Source: Escherichia phage LF82-4. Taken from it: a stretch of 64,000 bases of DNA. Shown here in pieces: positions 53,555-64,000 of this stretch (positions are counted from its first letter, which is position 1; each line of letters starts with the position of its first letter). Below the pieces are notes generated by a model. The model saw nothing but the letters and a program-made list of their open reading frames with translations, did no database searches and was not told the origin of the DNA. Both the position numbers and the translations under genes were made by a program. Location of the stretch: the sequence record PV660448; one strand, 5' to 3'.

Positions 53555-53590
53555 AGGATGATAGTAACACACCATCATCCTTATGTAAAC
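53555..53590 (-). promoter_or_regulatory. promoter-early stem-loop (8-bp inverted repeat AGGATGAT/ATCATCCT)
   Basis: GTTTAC -35 at 53585-53590. Confidence 0.5.
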
Positions 53591-53603
53591 TGTTTTGTGA
53601 AAA

Positions 53604-54289
<686 letters not shown>

Positions 54290-54293
54290 TTTA

Positions 54294-55028
54294 TTACCTT
54301 AAGATTTTTTCAATTTTAGAATAAAGCTCTTCTAACGAGCCGTCGTTTGTAATAACTAAGTCGCCTTCTTCAATAGGCAACCCAGCTTCTGTAATATGTT
54401 TATCAGTGGATTCCGTACCAGAGCGAACCACATGAATAACTGTAGCACCCATCGCTCTAGCGGTTTCCATTTCATGGACTTGTCGTGTATCGGTCACAAC
54501 GTAGTAATCGAAATCACTTCCAATATAATCCATATAGTTTAATGCAAAAAGCTTAACCCAATACATACGGTCAAATAAATTAACGACAACATCCGTACCG
54601 AGGGCTTGCATAAGACGGCGGATCGACCATGTGTCGTTGATATTATTTATAGCTTCACGCAGGGCTTCATATGGTTTAATATCTAGATATGAATATCCAC
54701 CTTCTAACGATGATAATACTTTAACATTATTAATTGGTAAATATTGACTTTGCAAATAAATTAGCGCTTCTTCCAATAATTCAATAACATCCAACTTATT
54801 GAGATTTAATGGTGTTTCACGGTCGTATCCAATGCCTTCAAAGTATTCGTATTTCAACTCTGTGAATACATCAGGATTTTCAGCATGTCTACGTCCCCAG
54901 GCTATTGCTAGAGCGTCTTTAATTGGATATGCTAATTGGTATTTTACGGATTTAAAGTTTGAATTGATGTAATCAGCAGTAGTGTCTTTACCACTACGTT
55001 TGATGCCACTTAAAAAGATTAGCTCCAT
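54294..55028 (-). CDS. 1: deoxynucleoside monophosphate kinase
   Basis: 244 aa; MELIFLSGIKRSGKDTTADYI... matches T4 gp1 as recalled. Confidence 0.93.
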   Translation of the reverse strand: MELIFLSGIKRSGKDTTADYINSNFKSVKYQLAYPIKDALAIAWGRRHAENPDVFTELKYEYFEGIGYDRETPLNLNKLDVIELLEEALIYLQSQYLPINNVKVLSSLEGGYSYLDIKPYEALREAINNINDTWSIRRLMQALGTDVVVNLFDRMYWVKLFALNYMDYIGSDFDYYVVTDTRQVHEMETARAMGATVIHVVRSGTESTDKHITEAGLPIEEGDLVITNDGSLEELYSKIEKILR

Positions 55029-55081
55029 AGGTTTTCCTCATATAATTTATAAGTGATTATAACATACGGAGCTAGAAGCGA

Positions 55082-55666
55082 TTAACGCAAGGAAGGGTGT
55101 CTAGAAATGGATTTAGATTCGGCTGCTTGACGAGGCTGTTGAGATACAATGACTTCGCCGTCTTTTTCTATCGTCATATACGCGTAGTGAATAGTTGCTA
55201 CGCACGTAACGGCAGGATCAGAATCTTCAGTGTAACTAAATTCAATTTCGCTCAAATCAGAAATCCATGGTTTATAGAAATTTGCCGTCAAAACGACTTC
55301 AGTCTTATTGTTGTTTAAAATGTGCAAAGTAACAAACTCAGGACCATCGGCATGGGCTGTATTATGACCGGTTATATAGTTATTAGTGCTGAGCATCCAT
55401 TTATACATGTTCATCCAGGACGTCATGTCTTCATCAACTATAAATCGTACAATAAAAGGGTCATATTCAAATGTAGTGCCTGCGCGCATTGCACGTCCTA
55501 ACCCCATTGTGCCTGTCACAGTTTCAACAACAGGAATTCTCACACCTGGCAATGGTGCCGTTTGGGCATTGAGCACAAAACCTGAAGTTCGTGTACTATC
55601 TGGGATATCCACAACAAAGTTTGTTATATTTGTTTGGTTAAAAATCTGTCTCGTTGGACGAGTCAT
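55082..55666 (-). CDS. 3: tail completion / sheath stabiliser protein (by synteny)
   Basis: 194 aa from ATG 55666 with GAGGTG RBS; position between 1 and 2. Confidence 0.75.
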   Translation of the reverse strand: MTRPTRQIFNQTNITNFVVDIPDSTRTSGFVLNAQTAPLPGVRIPVVETVTGTMGLGRAMRAGTTFEYDPFIVRFIVDEDMTSWMNMYKWMLSTNNYITGHNTAHADGPEFVTLHILNNNKTEVVLTANFYKPWISDLSEIEFSYTEDSDPAVTCVATIHYAYMTIEKDGEVIVSQQPRQAAESKSISRHPSLR

Positions 55667-55768
55667 AAGCACCTCAAAAACGCTTTAATAAAAATACAGT
55701 ATAATGGTTTTAGGTCTCTTCCATTAATCCGGTTCAACAGAATATCAGAAGAACGGAAGAGAATAGAA

Positions 55769-56590
55769 TTAAGATTTCCAAACAGTATTCGCAGAGAAAC
55801 GTTTTCCTTTTGACATAAATTGCTGAGTAGGTAACATGATTATGTTAGCCCAGTCTTTAGGAGCGATTTCTGTTATTGTTCCTCTAATGTGGCCTGGCAG
55901 GTATGCTTTAATCATTTTGTCAGCACCTTGAAATCCTTTCACCTTGCTCCAGTCTATCTTCAACTTTGTGTTATTAGTAATAGTAGTTGTGCTAGCATAT
56001 TGCTTCAGCAATTCTTCAAGAAACTGTTGACGTGCTTTAGGTGGGATATAGTGCAAGTTTAACCCGTACATCAAATTATGTTTACCTAATCCTAAATAAA
56101 TAATCAAAGGATATCGGTCCCAGTATGGCAGAGTATCTTTATGTTTAGCATCATACACGTAAGTATAAATTTTGCCTGGTGTAGGCTTGACTACTTTGTG
56201 ACCTTTTACACTTTTCTTAATTGTTTCAACAAACCACTTAGATGATTTGTTGTTTACTGCTGCGCCTTCATTTCTAATCTTTTCTCGTATTGAACTGCGA
56301 AACGAGTTTATCATCAGAAGTTGTCGTTCTTGCTTATTGAGTTTATTTTTAGGTTTGGATTCAAGCGTTTCAATTTTCTGTGCAGTCTTAATAGATGATG
56401 CATATCTAGACATTGCAGATGTAAACGACGAGTATTTTATTCCTTTTGATTCTGCAAATGCTTTTGCAGTGATTCCTTTCTCTTTAGCTTTCTTGTATTC
56501 TAATCCTATCTCAATCCATTTTCTTTCATTCATAGACTGAGCAATCTTAGGGGCTTGTACGCCTTCAGATATAATTTGGAATATGCTCAT
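55769..56590 (-). CDS. 2: DNA end protector protein
   Basis: 273 aa; [10 protein letters not shown]..., GLNLHYIPP and [22 protein letters not shown] match T4 gp2 as recalled. Confidence 0.93.
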   Translation of the reverse strand: MSIFQIISEGVQAPKIAQSMNERKWIEIGLEYKKAKEKGITAKAFAESKGIKYSSFTSAMSRYASSIKTAQKIETLESKPKNKLNKQERQLLMINSFRSSIREKIRNEGAAVNNKSSKWFVETIKKSVKGHKVVKPTPGKIYTYVYDAKHKDTLPYWDRYPLIIYLGLGKHNLMYGLNLHYIPPKARQQFLEELLKQYASTTTITNNTKLKIDWSKVKGFQGADKMIKAYLPGHIRGTITEIAPKDWANIIMLPTQQFMSKGKRFSANTVWKS

Positions 56591-56592
56591 AA

Positions 56593-57042
56593 TTACCCCT
56601 TGTATCCGAGTTTCCTAAGTCCGTCTTCGGTTAGAACTCGAAATTTTATATTTCTCTTTTCTGCGACAGCAGAAGCAGCTTTCCATTTGTCGCAGTTCAC
56701 AGACCAGGTGTATATTTCATTCATATAACGTTTCTTTGCTGCGGTCGTAAGATTTGCAGGCTTAATAGGTGGTTGAGTTTCTTTCTTTGGTTTTATTTCT
56801 ACAAAGAACTCTTGACCTGATGCATCTTTCATCCATATGTCCATATAGTATCGACGTTTCTTACCTTCAGCATTACAAAAATATGGAATTACGGCTGTTT
56901 CACTACCCCATGCAATAATTTCCGGATTTTTATCCAACCATTCGAAAAAGAATTTTTCCCAGTTTGAACGATACGTTATTTTGGTATGGTCTCCACGGTA
57001 TTTTTTTAAATTTTTTGGGACCCATTTACCAGAGTAGGCCAT
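56593..57042 (-). CDS. 4: head completion protein
   Basis: 149 aa; synteny and N-terminus resemble T4 gp4. Confidence 0.88.
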   Translation of the reverse strand: MAYSGKWVPKNLKKYRGDHTKITYRSNWEKFFFEWLDKNPEIIAWGSETAVIPYFCNAEGKKRRYYMDIWMKDASGQEFFVEIKPKKETQPPIKPANLTTAAKKRYMNEIYTWSVNCDKWKAASAVAEKRNIKFRVLTEDGLRKLGYKG

Positions 57043-57053
57043 GTTGTCCTCCT

Positions 57054-57061
57054 TATAAATA
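57054..57061 (+). promoter_or_regulatory. late promoter TATAAATA for gene 53 operon
   Basis: exact late consensus on plus strand 43 nt upstream of gene 53 ATG. Confidence 0.6.
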
Positions 57062-57068
57062 GTATTAT

Positions 57069-57076
57069 TATTTATA
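57069..57076 (-). promoter_or_regulatory. late promoter TATAAATA for gene 4 (divergent)
   Basis: exact late consensus on minus strand 27 nt upstream of gene 4 ATG; AGGAGGA RBS in leader. Confidence 0.55.
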
Positions 57077-57103
57077 CCAATTTAATATTGGAAGGAGACT
57101 ATT

Positions 57104-57679
57104 TTGTTATTTACATTCTTCGACCCAATAGGATATAGTGCTAAAACAGTTGATAAGAATGCACCTACTATTCCTATGACAGACATATTTCGTAACTATA
57201 AAGAGTACTTTAAACGTGTTGCTGCCAATTATAGATTACGTTCTTATTACATTAAAGGCTCTCCACGTCCTGAAGAACTAGCAAACATAATTTATGGCAA
57301 CCCTCAATTATACTGGGTCCTTTTGATGTGTAATGATAACTATGATCCGTATTATGGTTGGATTACATCTCAGGAAGCAGCGTATCAAGCGTCTATTCAG
57401 AAATATGCAAATGCTGGCGGAGACCAAATTCTTTACCATATTAACGAGAATCGTGAGAAATTTTACAATTTAGTTTCATACCCAGACGAGCCTTTAGTGT
57501 GGTATGATAAAGGTGATGAAGCTCGTAAGTATCCGCAATATAAAGGACCTTTAGCTGCAGTAGATACTTATGAAGCGGCAATATTAGATAATGAAAAACT
57601 TCGTAAAATAAAAATTGTTGCAAAAGAAGATATAAACTCGTTTATTACTGATTTGATTCGTGAGATGGAGATTGCATAA
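57104..57679 (+). CDS. 53: baseplate wedge protein
   Basis: 191 aa; MLFTFFDPIGYSAKTV... matches T4 gp53 as recalled. Confidence 0.93.
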   Translation: MLFTFFDPIGYSAKTVDKNAPTIPMTDIFRNYKEYFKRVAANYRLRSYYIKGSPRPEELANIIYGNPQLYWVLLMCNDNYDPYYGWITSQEAAYQASIQKYANAGGDQILYHINENREKFYNLVSYPDEPLVWYDKGDEARKYPQYKGPLAAVDTYEAAILDNEKLRKIKIVAKEDINSFITDLIREMEIA

Positions 57680-59412
57680 TGGAAATGATTAGCAGTAGCC
57701 TTAATTGGTTCGTGGGTGTTGTTGAGGACAGAATGGACCCATTAAAACAAGGGCGAGTTCGAGTTCGAGTCGTTGGTCTTCATCCAGCACAGAGAGCACA
57801 AGGTGATGTACAAGGTATTCCTACAGAAAAACTTCCGTGGATGACTGTTATTCAACCTATTACGTCTGCATCAATTTCAGGTATTGGTGGTTCTGTTACA
57901 GGTCCTGTTGAAGGAACTCGAGTATATGGTCATTTCTTAGACAAATGGAAAACAAACGGGATTGTACTTGGTACATACGGCGGAATCGTACGTGAAAAGC
58001 CTAATAGACTTGAAGGTTTTTCAGACCCGACTGGCCAATATCCGCGACGTTTAGGTAATGATACGAACGTATTAAACCAAGGTGGTGAAGCTGGTTATTA
58101 TTCAAACTCTAACGTAATTCAAGATAACAACTTGGATTATGGTATAAACCCAGATGATACAGATTTGGCAAATATTCCAGAAGATGATGACCCTAATTTT
58201 ACAATAACAGAAATGTTACGTCGTGACGAAGGACTTCGTGATAAAGTGTATTGGGACCATCTAGGGTATCCTACAGTAGGTATTGGACACCTTATCGTAA
58301 TGGAAAAGACCCGAGATATGTCTCGAATTAATAAATTGTTATCTGACCAAGTAGGGCGTGAAGTAACAGGAAATCCAGGGACTATTACATTAGAAGAAGC
58401 AACAGCGTTATTTGAGAAAGACCTTGCTAAGATGCAGAAAGATATTCGTTCTAATTCTAAAGTAGGTCCTGTTTATGCCAAAATGAATAGGTCTCGCCAA
58501 ATGGCATTAGAAAACATGTGCTTCCAAATGGGTGTTGGCGGTGTAGCAAAATTCAATACTATGCTTAAAGCAATGGCCGCAGGCGATTGGAAAACTGCAT
58601 ACAAATCTGGGCGTGATTCGTTATGGTTCCAACAGACTAAAGGACGTGCTTCACGCGTAACAACAATTATTTTAACTGGTAACATGGAATCATACGGTGT
58701 TCCTGTTAAAACACCACCTTCGCCTGGTGTTGGTGCCGATTTAGTTACTAGAAATACAGATCCAGAAGATCCGGCTAGTCCTCCTGTTCCATTAGATTCA
58801 CGTATCCTTTTTAAAGAACCGGAATCAAGTTATCGTGGTGAATACCCGTATGTTCATGCTATGGAAACAGAAAGCGGACATATCCAAGAGTTTGACGACA
58901 CTCCAGGTAATGAACGTTATCGCTTAGTTCATCCGACAGGGTCATATGAGGAAGTTTCTCCATCCGGTCGTCGTACTCGTAAAACTGTAGAAGACCTTTT
59001 TGACATCACTAATGGCGATGGGAACTTCTTGATTTCTGGTGATAAACTTGTTAACGTTGGTGCTAATGAAATATATTATAACATGGCAGACCGCCTCCAT
59101 CAAATAGATGGCAGCGACACAATCTTTATTCGTGGTAACCAAACTAAAACTGTTGAAGGCGATGGAACTCTTTACGTTAAGGGCAATATCAAAATAGTTG
59201 TTGACGGAAATGCAGATATTCTTGTTAAAGGTGATGCTAAGACTCAAGTTGAAGGGAATCATGACTATACTGTCAATGGTAATGTTAAATGGACTGTCAA
59301 TGGTAATGTTGATATGACTGTTGCTGGCAATTGGTCTGAGACAATGACTACAATGAGCTCAATAGCTTCAGGACAATATACTGTTGACGGATCTCGTATT
59401 GATATTGGGTAA
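57679..59412 (+). CDS. 5: baseplate hub/central spike with lysozyme domain
   Basis: 577 aa; N-terminal OB domain, central T4-lysozyme-like domain (...ITEMLRRDEGLRDKVYWDHLGYPTVGIGHL...), C-terminal VxGxxxxx beta-helix repeats. Confidence 0.95.
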   Translation: MEMISSSLNWFVGVVEDRMDPLKQGRVRVRVVGLHPAQRAQGDVQGIPTEKLPWMTVIQPITSASISGIGGSVTGPVEGTRVYGHFLDKWKTNGIVLGTYGGIVREKPNRLEGFSDPTGQYPRRLGNDTNVLNQGGEAGYYSNSNVIQDNNLDYGINPDDTDLANIPEDDDPNFTITEMLRRDEGLRDKVYWDHLGYPTVGIGHLIVMEKTRDMSRINKLLSDQVGREVTGNPGTITLEEATALFEKDLAKMQKDIRSNSKVGPVYAKMNRSRQMALENMCFQMGVGGVAKFNTMLKAMAAGDWKTAYKSGRDSLWFQQTKGRASRVTTIILTGNMESYGVPVKTPPSPGVGADLVTRNTDPEDPASPPVPLDSRILFKEPESSYRGEYPYVHAMETESGHIQEFDDTPGNERYRLVHPTGSYEEVSPSGRRTRKTVEDLFDITNGDGNFLISGDKLVNVGANEIYYNMADRLHQIDGSDTIFIRGNQTKTVEGDGTLYVKGNIKIVVDGNADILVKGDAKTQVEGNHDYTVNGNVKWTVNGNVDMTVAGNWSETMTTMSSIASGQYTVDGSRIDIG

Positions 59413-59415
59413 TAT

Positions 59416-59931
59416 ATGGCACAAATACTTCCTTTAAATACCGACTTAGGAGAAGACATGGAAGTGGCGTCTATTGACGTCCTTTTTACTCCTCAGCTAG
59501 AAACGTCCGAAACTTTAGTGTCAATAAATATAACAGATTATGAACCGACACAAGGCATTACGGTAGATGGTAATCGTTTATATGGAACATATGAAAGTGT
59601 GTTTAGCTTTTCTTCGGATGCATTGAAATATCGATTAAATGATGATTTTAAAACTGCATCTTCATGGGATGATTTACCGAAAGATGAATCCGCACAGTTA
59701 TATTTGTGGAGAGCTCCTCAGAATCTTCGTAAAGTGTTTAGTTATACGGTTGAAATGATTTATAACTACCAAGAAGAAAGTTCATCAGGCGGCACAAGAA
59801 GTGACTCTGGTGCAGAACCTCCACCGGCTCCAGTACAAAAAACTCTTACTAAGGTTTATACAAAAACTATAGTAGGAAATTGGAGCAAATGGGCACAACA
59901 ATTACGAAACTATGTTTATATGAGGCCATAA
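59416..59931 (+). CDS. baseplate-associated protein 5.1 (by synteny)
   Basis: 171 aa between 5 and 5.4. Confidence 0.7.
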   Translation: MAQILPLNTDLGEDMEVASIDVLFTPQLETSETLVSINITDYEPTQGITVDGNRLYGTYESVFSFSSDALKYRLNDDFKTASSWDDLPKDESAQLYLWRAPQNLRKVFSYTVEMIYNYQEESSSGGTRSDSGAEPPPAPVQKTLTKVYTKTIVGNWSKWAQQLRNYVYMRP

Positions 59932-59933
59932 AA

Positions 59934-60227
59934 ATGTCTGGCTTAAGTTACGACCAGTGCGTTACAACAGGTCATGAAGCATGGCCTCCTACGGTAATTA
60001 ACGCTTCTCAATCTAAAGTATTCACCGGTGGTATTCCTGTTCTTGTAGCAGGAGACCAAATAACACCTCATACAGAAATTAAAAAACCATACGAGACTCA
60101 TGGTGGTGTTACTGAACCTCGTACATCTAAAGTATATGTCACCGGTAAAAAGGCCGTTCAAATGGCTGACCCAATTTCATGCGGGGATACTGTTTCTCAG
60201 GCCTCGTCAAAAGTCTTTATCAAATAG
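59934..60227 (+). CDS. 5.4: PAAR-repeat spike tip protein
   Basis: 97 aa from ATG 59934 ([21 protein letters not shown]...); matches T4 gp5.4 as recalled. Confidence 0.9.
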   Translation: MSGLSYDQCVTTGHEAWPPTVINASQSKVFTGGIPVLVAGDQITPHTEIKKPYETHGGVTEPRTSKVYVTGKKAVQMADPISCGDTVSQASSKVFIK

Positions 60228-60235
60228 GAATTAAA

Positions 60236-62206
60236 ATGGCAAACACTCCTGTAAATTATCAATTAACCCGAACAGCGAATGCTATTCCCGAGATTTTTAT
60301 CGGGGGCACATTTGCCGAAATCAAACAAAACATTATCGAATGGCTCAATGGACAGAACGAATTTCTTGATTATGATTTTGAAGGTTCGCGTTTAAACGTA
60401 TTGTGCGACCTTTTAGCATATAATACTCTTTATATCCAACAGTTCAGTAATAGTGCGGTGTATGAAAGCTTTATGCGCACTGCAAACTTGCGTAGCTCTG
60501 TTGTACAAGCGGCTCAAGATAACGGATACCTGCCTGCATCTAAATCGGCAGCACAAACAGAAATTATGCTCACATGTACGGATGCGTTAAATAGAAACTA
60601 TATCACTATTCCGCGTGGTACTCGTTTCCTGGCGTATGCTAAAGGTACTTCTGTTAACCCGTATAACTTTGTTTCCACCGAAGACGTCATTGTAGTTAAA
60701 GACAAAAATAATCAATATTTCCCACGTCTTAGGTTAGCTCAGGGACGTATTGTTCGTACTGAATTAACATTTGATAAATTAAAACCTATCATTATTCGTG
60801 ATAAGAACATTGACCGTAATTTGGTTAAATTGTATGTTGACGGAGCAGAATGGATTAACTGGACTCGCAAATCGATGGTTCATGCTGGTTCTACTTCAAC
60901 CATTTATTATATGCGAGAAACTGTTGACGGGAACACTGAATTTTATTTTGGTGAAGGTGAAATCTCTATTAACACATCAGAAGGTGCTTTAACATCTAAC
61001 TACGTTGGCGGCCTTAAACCTGTCCAGGGTTCTAAAATCGTAATTGAATATATTTCTACTAATGGTGCTGAAGCAAATGGTGCAGTAGGATTCTCTTATG
61101 CTGATACATTAGCTAATATCACAGTTATTGGAATTAATGAAAACCCAAGTAATAACCCTGACTTCGTTGGTGCGGATGGCGGTGGCGACCCTGAAGATAT
61201 TGAACGTATCCGTGAATTAGGTACAATTAAACGCGAAACTCAACAACGATGTGTGACTGCGACAGATTACGACACATTCGTCTCTGAACGATTTGGTTCT
61301 ATTATTCAAGCGGTTCAGACATTTACGGATTCATCTAAGCCTGGGTACGCATTTATTGCTGCTAAACCTAAGTCTGGGTTATATTTGACTTCCGTCCAAC
61401 GAGACGATATTAAAAATTATCTTAATGAGTATAACTTAGGGACGATAACTCCTGTTGTTATTTCTCCTGATTATTTGTTTATTAAAATGAATATTCGCGT
61501 TACGTATGCATTGAACAAATTACAGGAATCTGAACAATGGTTAGAAGGCCAAATTATTAATAAAATCGACCGGTATTATATTGAAGACGTGGAAATTTTT
61601 AACTCGTCATTCGCAAAATCTAAAATGCTAACGTATGTCGATGACGCAGATATTTCTATCATTGGTTCGTCTGCGACTATTCAAATGGTTCGCGAGGTAC
61701 AGAACTTCTACAAAACACCTGAAACAGGTATTAAATACAATAACCAGATTAAAGATAGAACATTAGAATCTAACGTGTTTTCATTTGATAGTTTACGCGT
61801 TGACCCTGAAACGGAAGCTACTATTAAATACGACGTTCGCATTGTAGGTTCAGATAGAAATGACCGTGGCATTGGACAAGTTATCATTGGCCCGTTTGCA
61901 GATGGCGACGTTATAGAAAATGCTTATATTCAACCATATACTGGTGACGATTTTAATAAACTTCATGTTACGGACGGAAGAAACAAATATTACTCTATAG
62001 GTGAAGTAAATTATCCTGCTGATTCAATTTATTGGAATATAGCTAAAATTGATTTAACTTCTGATAGGTTTGAAGTTCAAACTATTGAACTCTATTCAGA
62101 CCCAGCTGATGATGTTATCTTTACTAAAGACGGGTCATTAATTGTATTTGAAAATGACTTACGTCCGCAATATTTAACCATAGATTTGGAGCCTATTTCA
62201 CAATGA
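60236..62206 (+). CDS. 6: baseplate wedge protein
   Basis: 656 aa from ATG 60236 (MANTPVNYQLTRTANAIPEIFIGG...); track start further upstream is non-ATG. Confidence 0.93.
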   Translation: MANTPVNYQLTRTANAIPEIFIGGTFAEIKQNIIEWLNGQNEFLDYDFEGSRLNVLCDLLAYNTLYIQQFSNSAVYESFMRTANLRSSVVQAAQDNGYLPASKSAAQTEIMLTCTDALNRNYITIPRGTRFLAYAKGTSVNPYNFVSTEDVIVVKDKNNQYFPRLRLAQGRIVRTELTFDKLKPIIIRDKNIDRNLVKLYVDGAEWINWTRKSMVHAGSTSTIYYMRETVDGNTEFYFGEGEISINTSEGALTSNYVGGLKPVQGSKIVIEYISTNGAEANGAVGFSYADTLANITVIGINENPSNNPDFVGADGGGDPEDIERIRELGTIKRETQQRCVTATDYDTFVSERFGSIIQAVQTFTDSSKPGYAFIAAKPKSGLYLTSVQRDDIKNYLNEYNLGTITPVVISPDYLFIKMNIRVTYALNKLQESEQWLEGQIINKIDRYYIEDVEIFNSSFAKSKMLTYVDDADISIIGSSATIQMVREVQNFYKTPETGIKYNNQIKDRTLESNVFSFDSLRVDPETEATIKYDVRIVGSDRNDRGIGQVIIGPFADGDVIENAYIQPYTGDDFNKLHVTDGRNKYYSIGEVNYPADSIYWNIAKIDLTSDRFEVQTIELYSDPADDVIFTKDGSLIVFENDLRPQYLTIDLEPISQ

Positions 62207-64000
62207 CAGTAAAAGCGCCAGCAGTCACGAGTCTCAGATTATCTAAATTGTCCGCAAACCAAGTTCAAATTCGCTGGGATGAGGTTGGCGCTAATTTCTA
62301 CTATTTTGTGGAAATAGCTGAGACCAAAACAGCTAACGGGGAAGCAATTCCCCGTAATAGCTATAGATGGACTAATTTAGGATATACCGCTGATAACAAT
62401 TTCTTTGAGTCTGGTTTAAATTCATTAACAACATATATGATGCGTGTGGCTACAGCAGCGGAGGGATTTGAGCAGTCTGATTGGAGATACACCGAAGAGT
62501 TTGAAACATTTGAAATAAACGCTTACACATTCCAACATATGATTGAAATGCAATTAGCTAACGAGTTTATTTCTGAAAAATTTACAAAAAATAATACAAG
62601 CTACGTTGATTTTAATAATGACACGATCATGGCAGCACTGATGAGCGAGTCGTTCCAATTTAGTCCTGCATACACCGATGTGTCATCGATTAGAAATTTT
62701 ATAATTGGTGAAAATCAGTATCATGAAATCCAGGGGCATATCCAGGATGTATGTAAAGATATAAATCGAGTATATCTAATGGAATCTGAAGGAATTCTTT
62801 ACCTTTTTGAAAGATTCCAACCTATTGTAAAAGTGTCTAATGATAAAGGCCAAACATGGAAAGCGGTTAAATTGCTTAATGACCGTGTAGGATATCCACT
62901 TTCACGAACCGTATATTACCAATCAGAATATACGACGTATTTGCTCGGCTATGATAAGATTTTTTACGGGCGTAAATCATCCGATATTCGTTGGTCTGCT
63001 GATGATGTTCGTTTCAGTTCACAAGACGTAACATTTGCTAAAATCGGGGACCAATTAAATTTAGGTTTTGATGTAGAGATTTTCGGTACATACGCGTCAT
63101 TACCAGGAAACGTATCACGTATTGCAGAAGCTATTACTTGTAATGATGACTATGTTTATATTGCGGCCAGAGATAAAGTTCGCTTCGTTAAAACCAGTAA
63201 CGCTCCTATTGATTCAGATCCATTATCTCCGACCTATTCCGAACGGTTGTTTGAACCTGAGATGTTTACAATAACAGGCAACCCTAAAGCAGTTTGTTAT
63301 AAAATGGATTCTGTTGGTGGAAGAATATTCGCTCTTATTATTGGTGAAGTCGAAAACGTTAATGACGACCCAAGAACAAAGCCTATTTTGGATTCTGTTG
63401 ATAAAGGTGTATACGTTTTAGACCATGACGCTGGAACATTTAAAAGGATATTTGGTAATACTGAAGAAGAACGCCGTCGTATAGAACCGGCTTTCACCAA
63501 TATGTCTACTGACGGTGTTGAGCTTTATATCTCTTCTAGTAATTTTAAATTTTTAGAATCTGATATTGTTGACGACCCGGAAACGCAATCTAAGTATGGA
63601 CTTTTAGGAGCGGTTAAGTATGAATATCCTAGAGAATGGCTCGCAGATAAACATTACCATATGATGATTTTCGCATCAAACGAAGAAAGTAATTGGGAAA
63701 CTTTTTCACCAACTCCTATGCAGTATTATGCAGAACCTTTCTTTAGTTATTCTAGAAAATCAGGCACACGTTCTTGGATTAATAACTCTGATAGAGCGGT
63801 AGTGATTTATTCTGATTTGCTTTACACAAAGGTAGTGGAAAGCTACCCTAGCACTTCACCTGATCGTAAAGTTCACGAATACTGGAATGATGGCGATTGT
63901 AAGATTGTTATGCCGAATATAGAATTCACTGGATTTAAAAAATACGCGTCTGGTATGTTGTTTTATAAATCATCAGGTGAAATAATTTCATATTATGATT
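62203..64000 (+). CDS. 7: baseplate wedge initiator, 5' part (continues beyond window end)
   Basis: ATG at 62203 overlapping gene 6 stop (ATGA); frame traced open to window end; MTVKAPAVTSLRLSKLSANQVQIRWDEVGANFYYFVEIAETK... matches T4 gp7 as recalled. Confidence 0.9.
   Translation, partial: MTVKAPAVTSLRLSKLSANQVQIRWDEVGANFYYFVEIAETKTANGEAIPRNSYRWTNLGYTADNNFFESGLNSLTTYMMRVATAAEGFEQSDWRYTEEFETFEINAYTFQHMIEMQLANEFISEKFTKNNTSYVDFNNDTIMAALMSESFQFSPAYTDVSSIRNFIIGENQYHEIQGHIQDVCKDINRVYLMESEGILYLFERFQPIVKVSNDKGQTWKAVKLLNDRVGYPLSRTVYYQSEYTTYLLGYDKIFYGRKSSDIRWSADDVRFSSQDVTFAKIGDQLNLGFDVEIFGTYASLPGNVSRIAEAITCNDDYVYIAARDKVRFVKTSNAPIDSDPLSPTYSERLFEPEMFTITGNPKAVCYKMDSVGGRIFALIIGEVENVNDDPRTKPILDSVDKGVYVLDHDAGTFKRIFGNTEEERRRIEPAFTNMSTDGVELYISSSNFKFLESDIVDDPETQSKYGLLGAVKYEYPREWLADKHYHMMIFASNEESNWETFSPTPMQYYAEPFFSYSRKSGTRSWINNSDRAVVIYSDLLYTKVVESYPSTSPDRKVHEYWNDGDCKIVMPNIEFTGFKKYASGMLFYKSSGEIISYYD

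Noticed and set aside
28127-53590. Possibility that the recurring 30-45 bp palindromic repeats are a CRISPR array or MITE-like elements
   Set aside because: Copies are irregularly spaced, each sits in an intergenic gap directly upstream of a gene, and each contains -35/-10 promoter hexamers; there are no uniform spacers or cas genes.
59100-59400. Short periodic nucleotide repeats near the 3' end of gene 5
   Set aside because: They encode the VxGxxxxx octad repeats of the gp5 beta-helix needle; this is coding periodicity, not a non-coding tandem repeat or CRISPR array.

Overview
This window reads as a contiguous piece of a T4-type (Tevenvirinae) myovirus genome, most likely phage RB69 or a very close relative: the 903-aa DNA polymerase matches the RB69 gp43 sequence as I recall it. 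No searches or computations were run; family and gene names rest on motifs I can read in the translations, on T4 gene order, and on memory of T4/RB69 proteins. Coordinates of regulatory elements are hand-counted and may be off by 1-2 nt.

Gene order follows T4, almost all on the minus strand up to 57 kb: uvsX (5' fragment) - 42 - 43 - regA - 62 - 44 - 45 - rpbA - 46 - 47 - 55 - nrdH-like - nrdG - nrdD (no intron) - 49 - nrdC - rI - tk - regB - denV - e - nudE - tRNA region - 57B-like - 57A - 1 - 3 - 2 - 4, then plus-strand baseplate genes 53 - 5 - 5.1 - 5.4 - 6 - 7 (5' part).

The most interesting region is 282-6831. The loci where T4 carries beta-gt and imm are instead occupied by a kinase-like gene, an unassigned 299-aa gene and a sugar-nucleotide operon (SIS isomerase, nucleotidylyltransferase-kinase fusion, HAD phosphatase, a 386-aa enzyme). 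I read this as a candidate pathway for pentosyl (arabinosyl) hypermodification of hydroxymethylcytosine DNA. I recall a report of arabinosyl-hmC in RB69 but cannot verify whether these individual genes have been assigned.

Other notable content:
- Families of 35-50 bp promoter-early stem-loop cassettes (sigma70-like GTTTAC -35 and TATAAT-like -10 embedded in inverted repeats), some with a Shine-Dalgarno sequence in one arm.
- Candidate counter-defence or accessory enzymes: a macro-domain protein, a Pol-beta-fold nucleotidyltransferase, and a 2H phosphoesterase at the T4 57B (Acb1) position.
- A GrcA-like glycyl-radical protein whose GC-rich 3' half looks host-derived.
- Two free-standing GIY-YIG homing endonuclease genes.
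- Five internal-protein genes with the MKTY(Q/K)EFI capsid-targeting signature.
- One tRNA (anticodon CAU) plus a non-canonical tRNA-like element.

The ORF track uses TTG/GTG as well as ATG starts, so many track N-termini are over-extended; I re-set starts where an ATG with a ribosome-binding site was evident. Several sub-60-aa genes missing from the track are added at low confidence.
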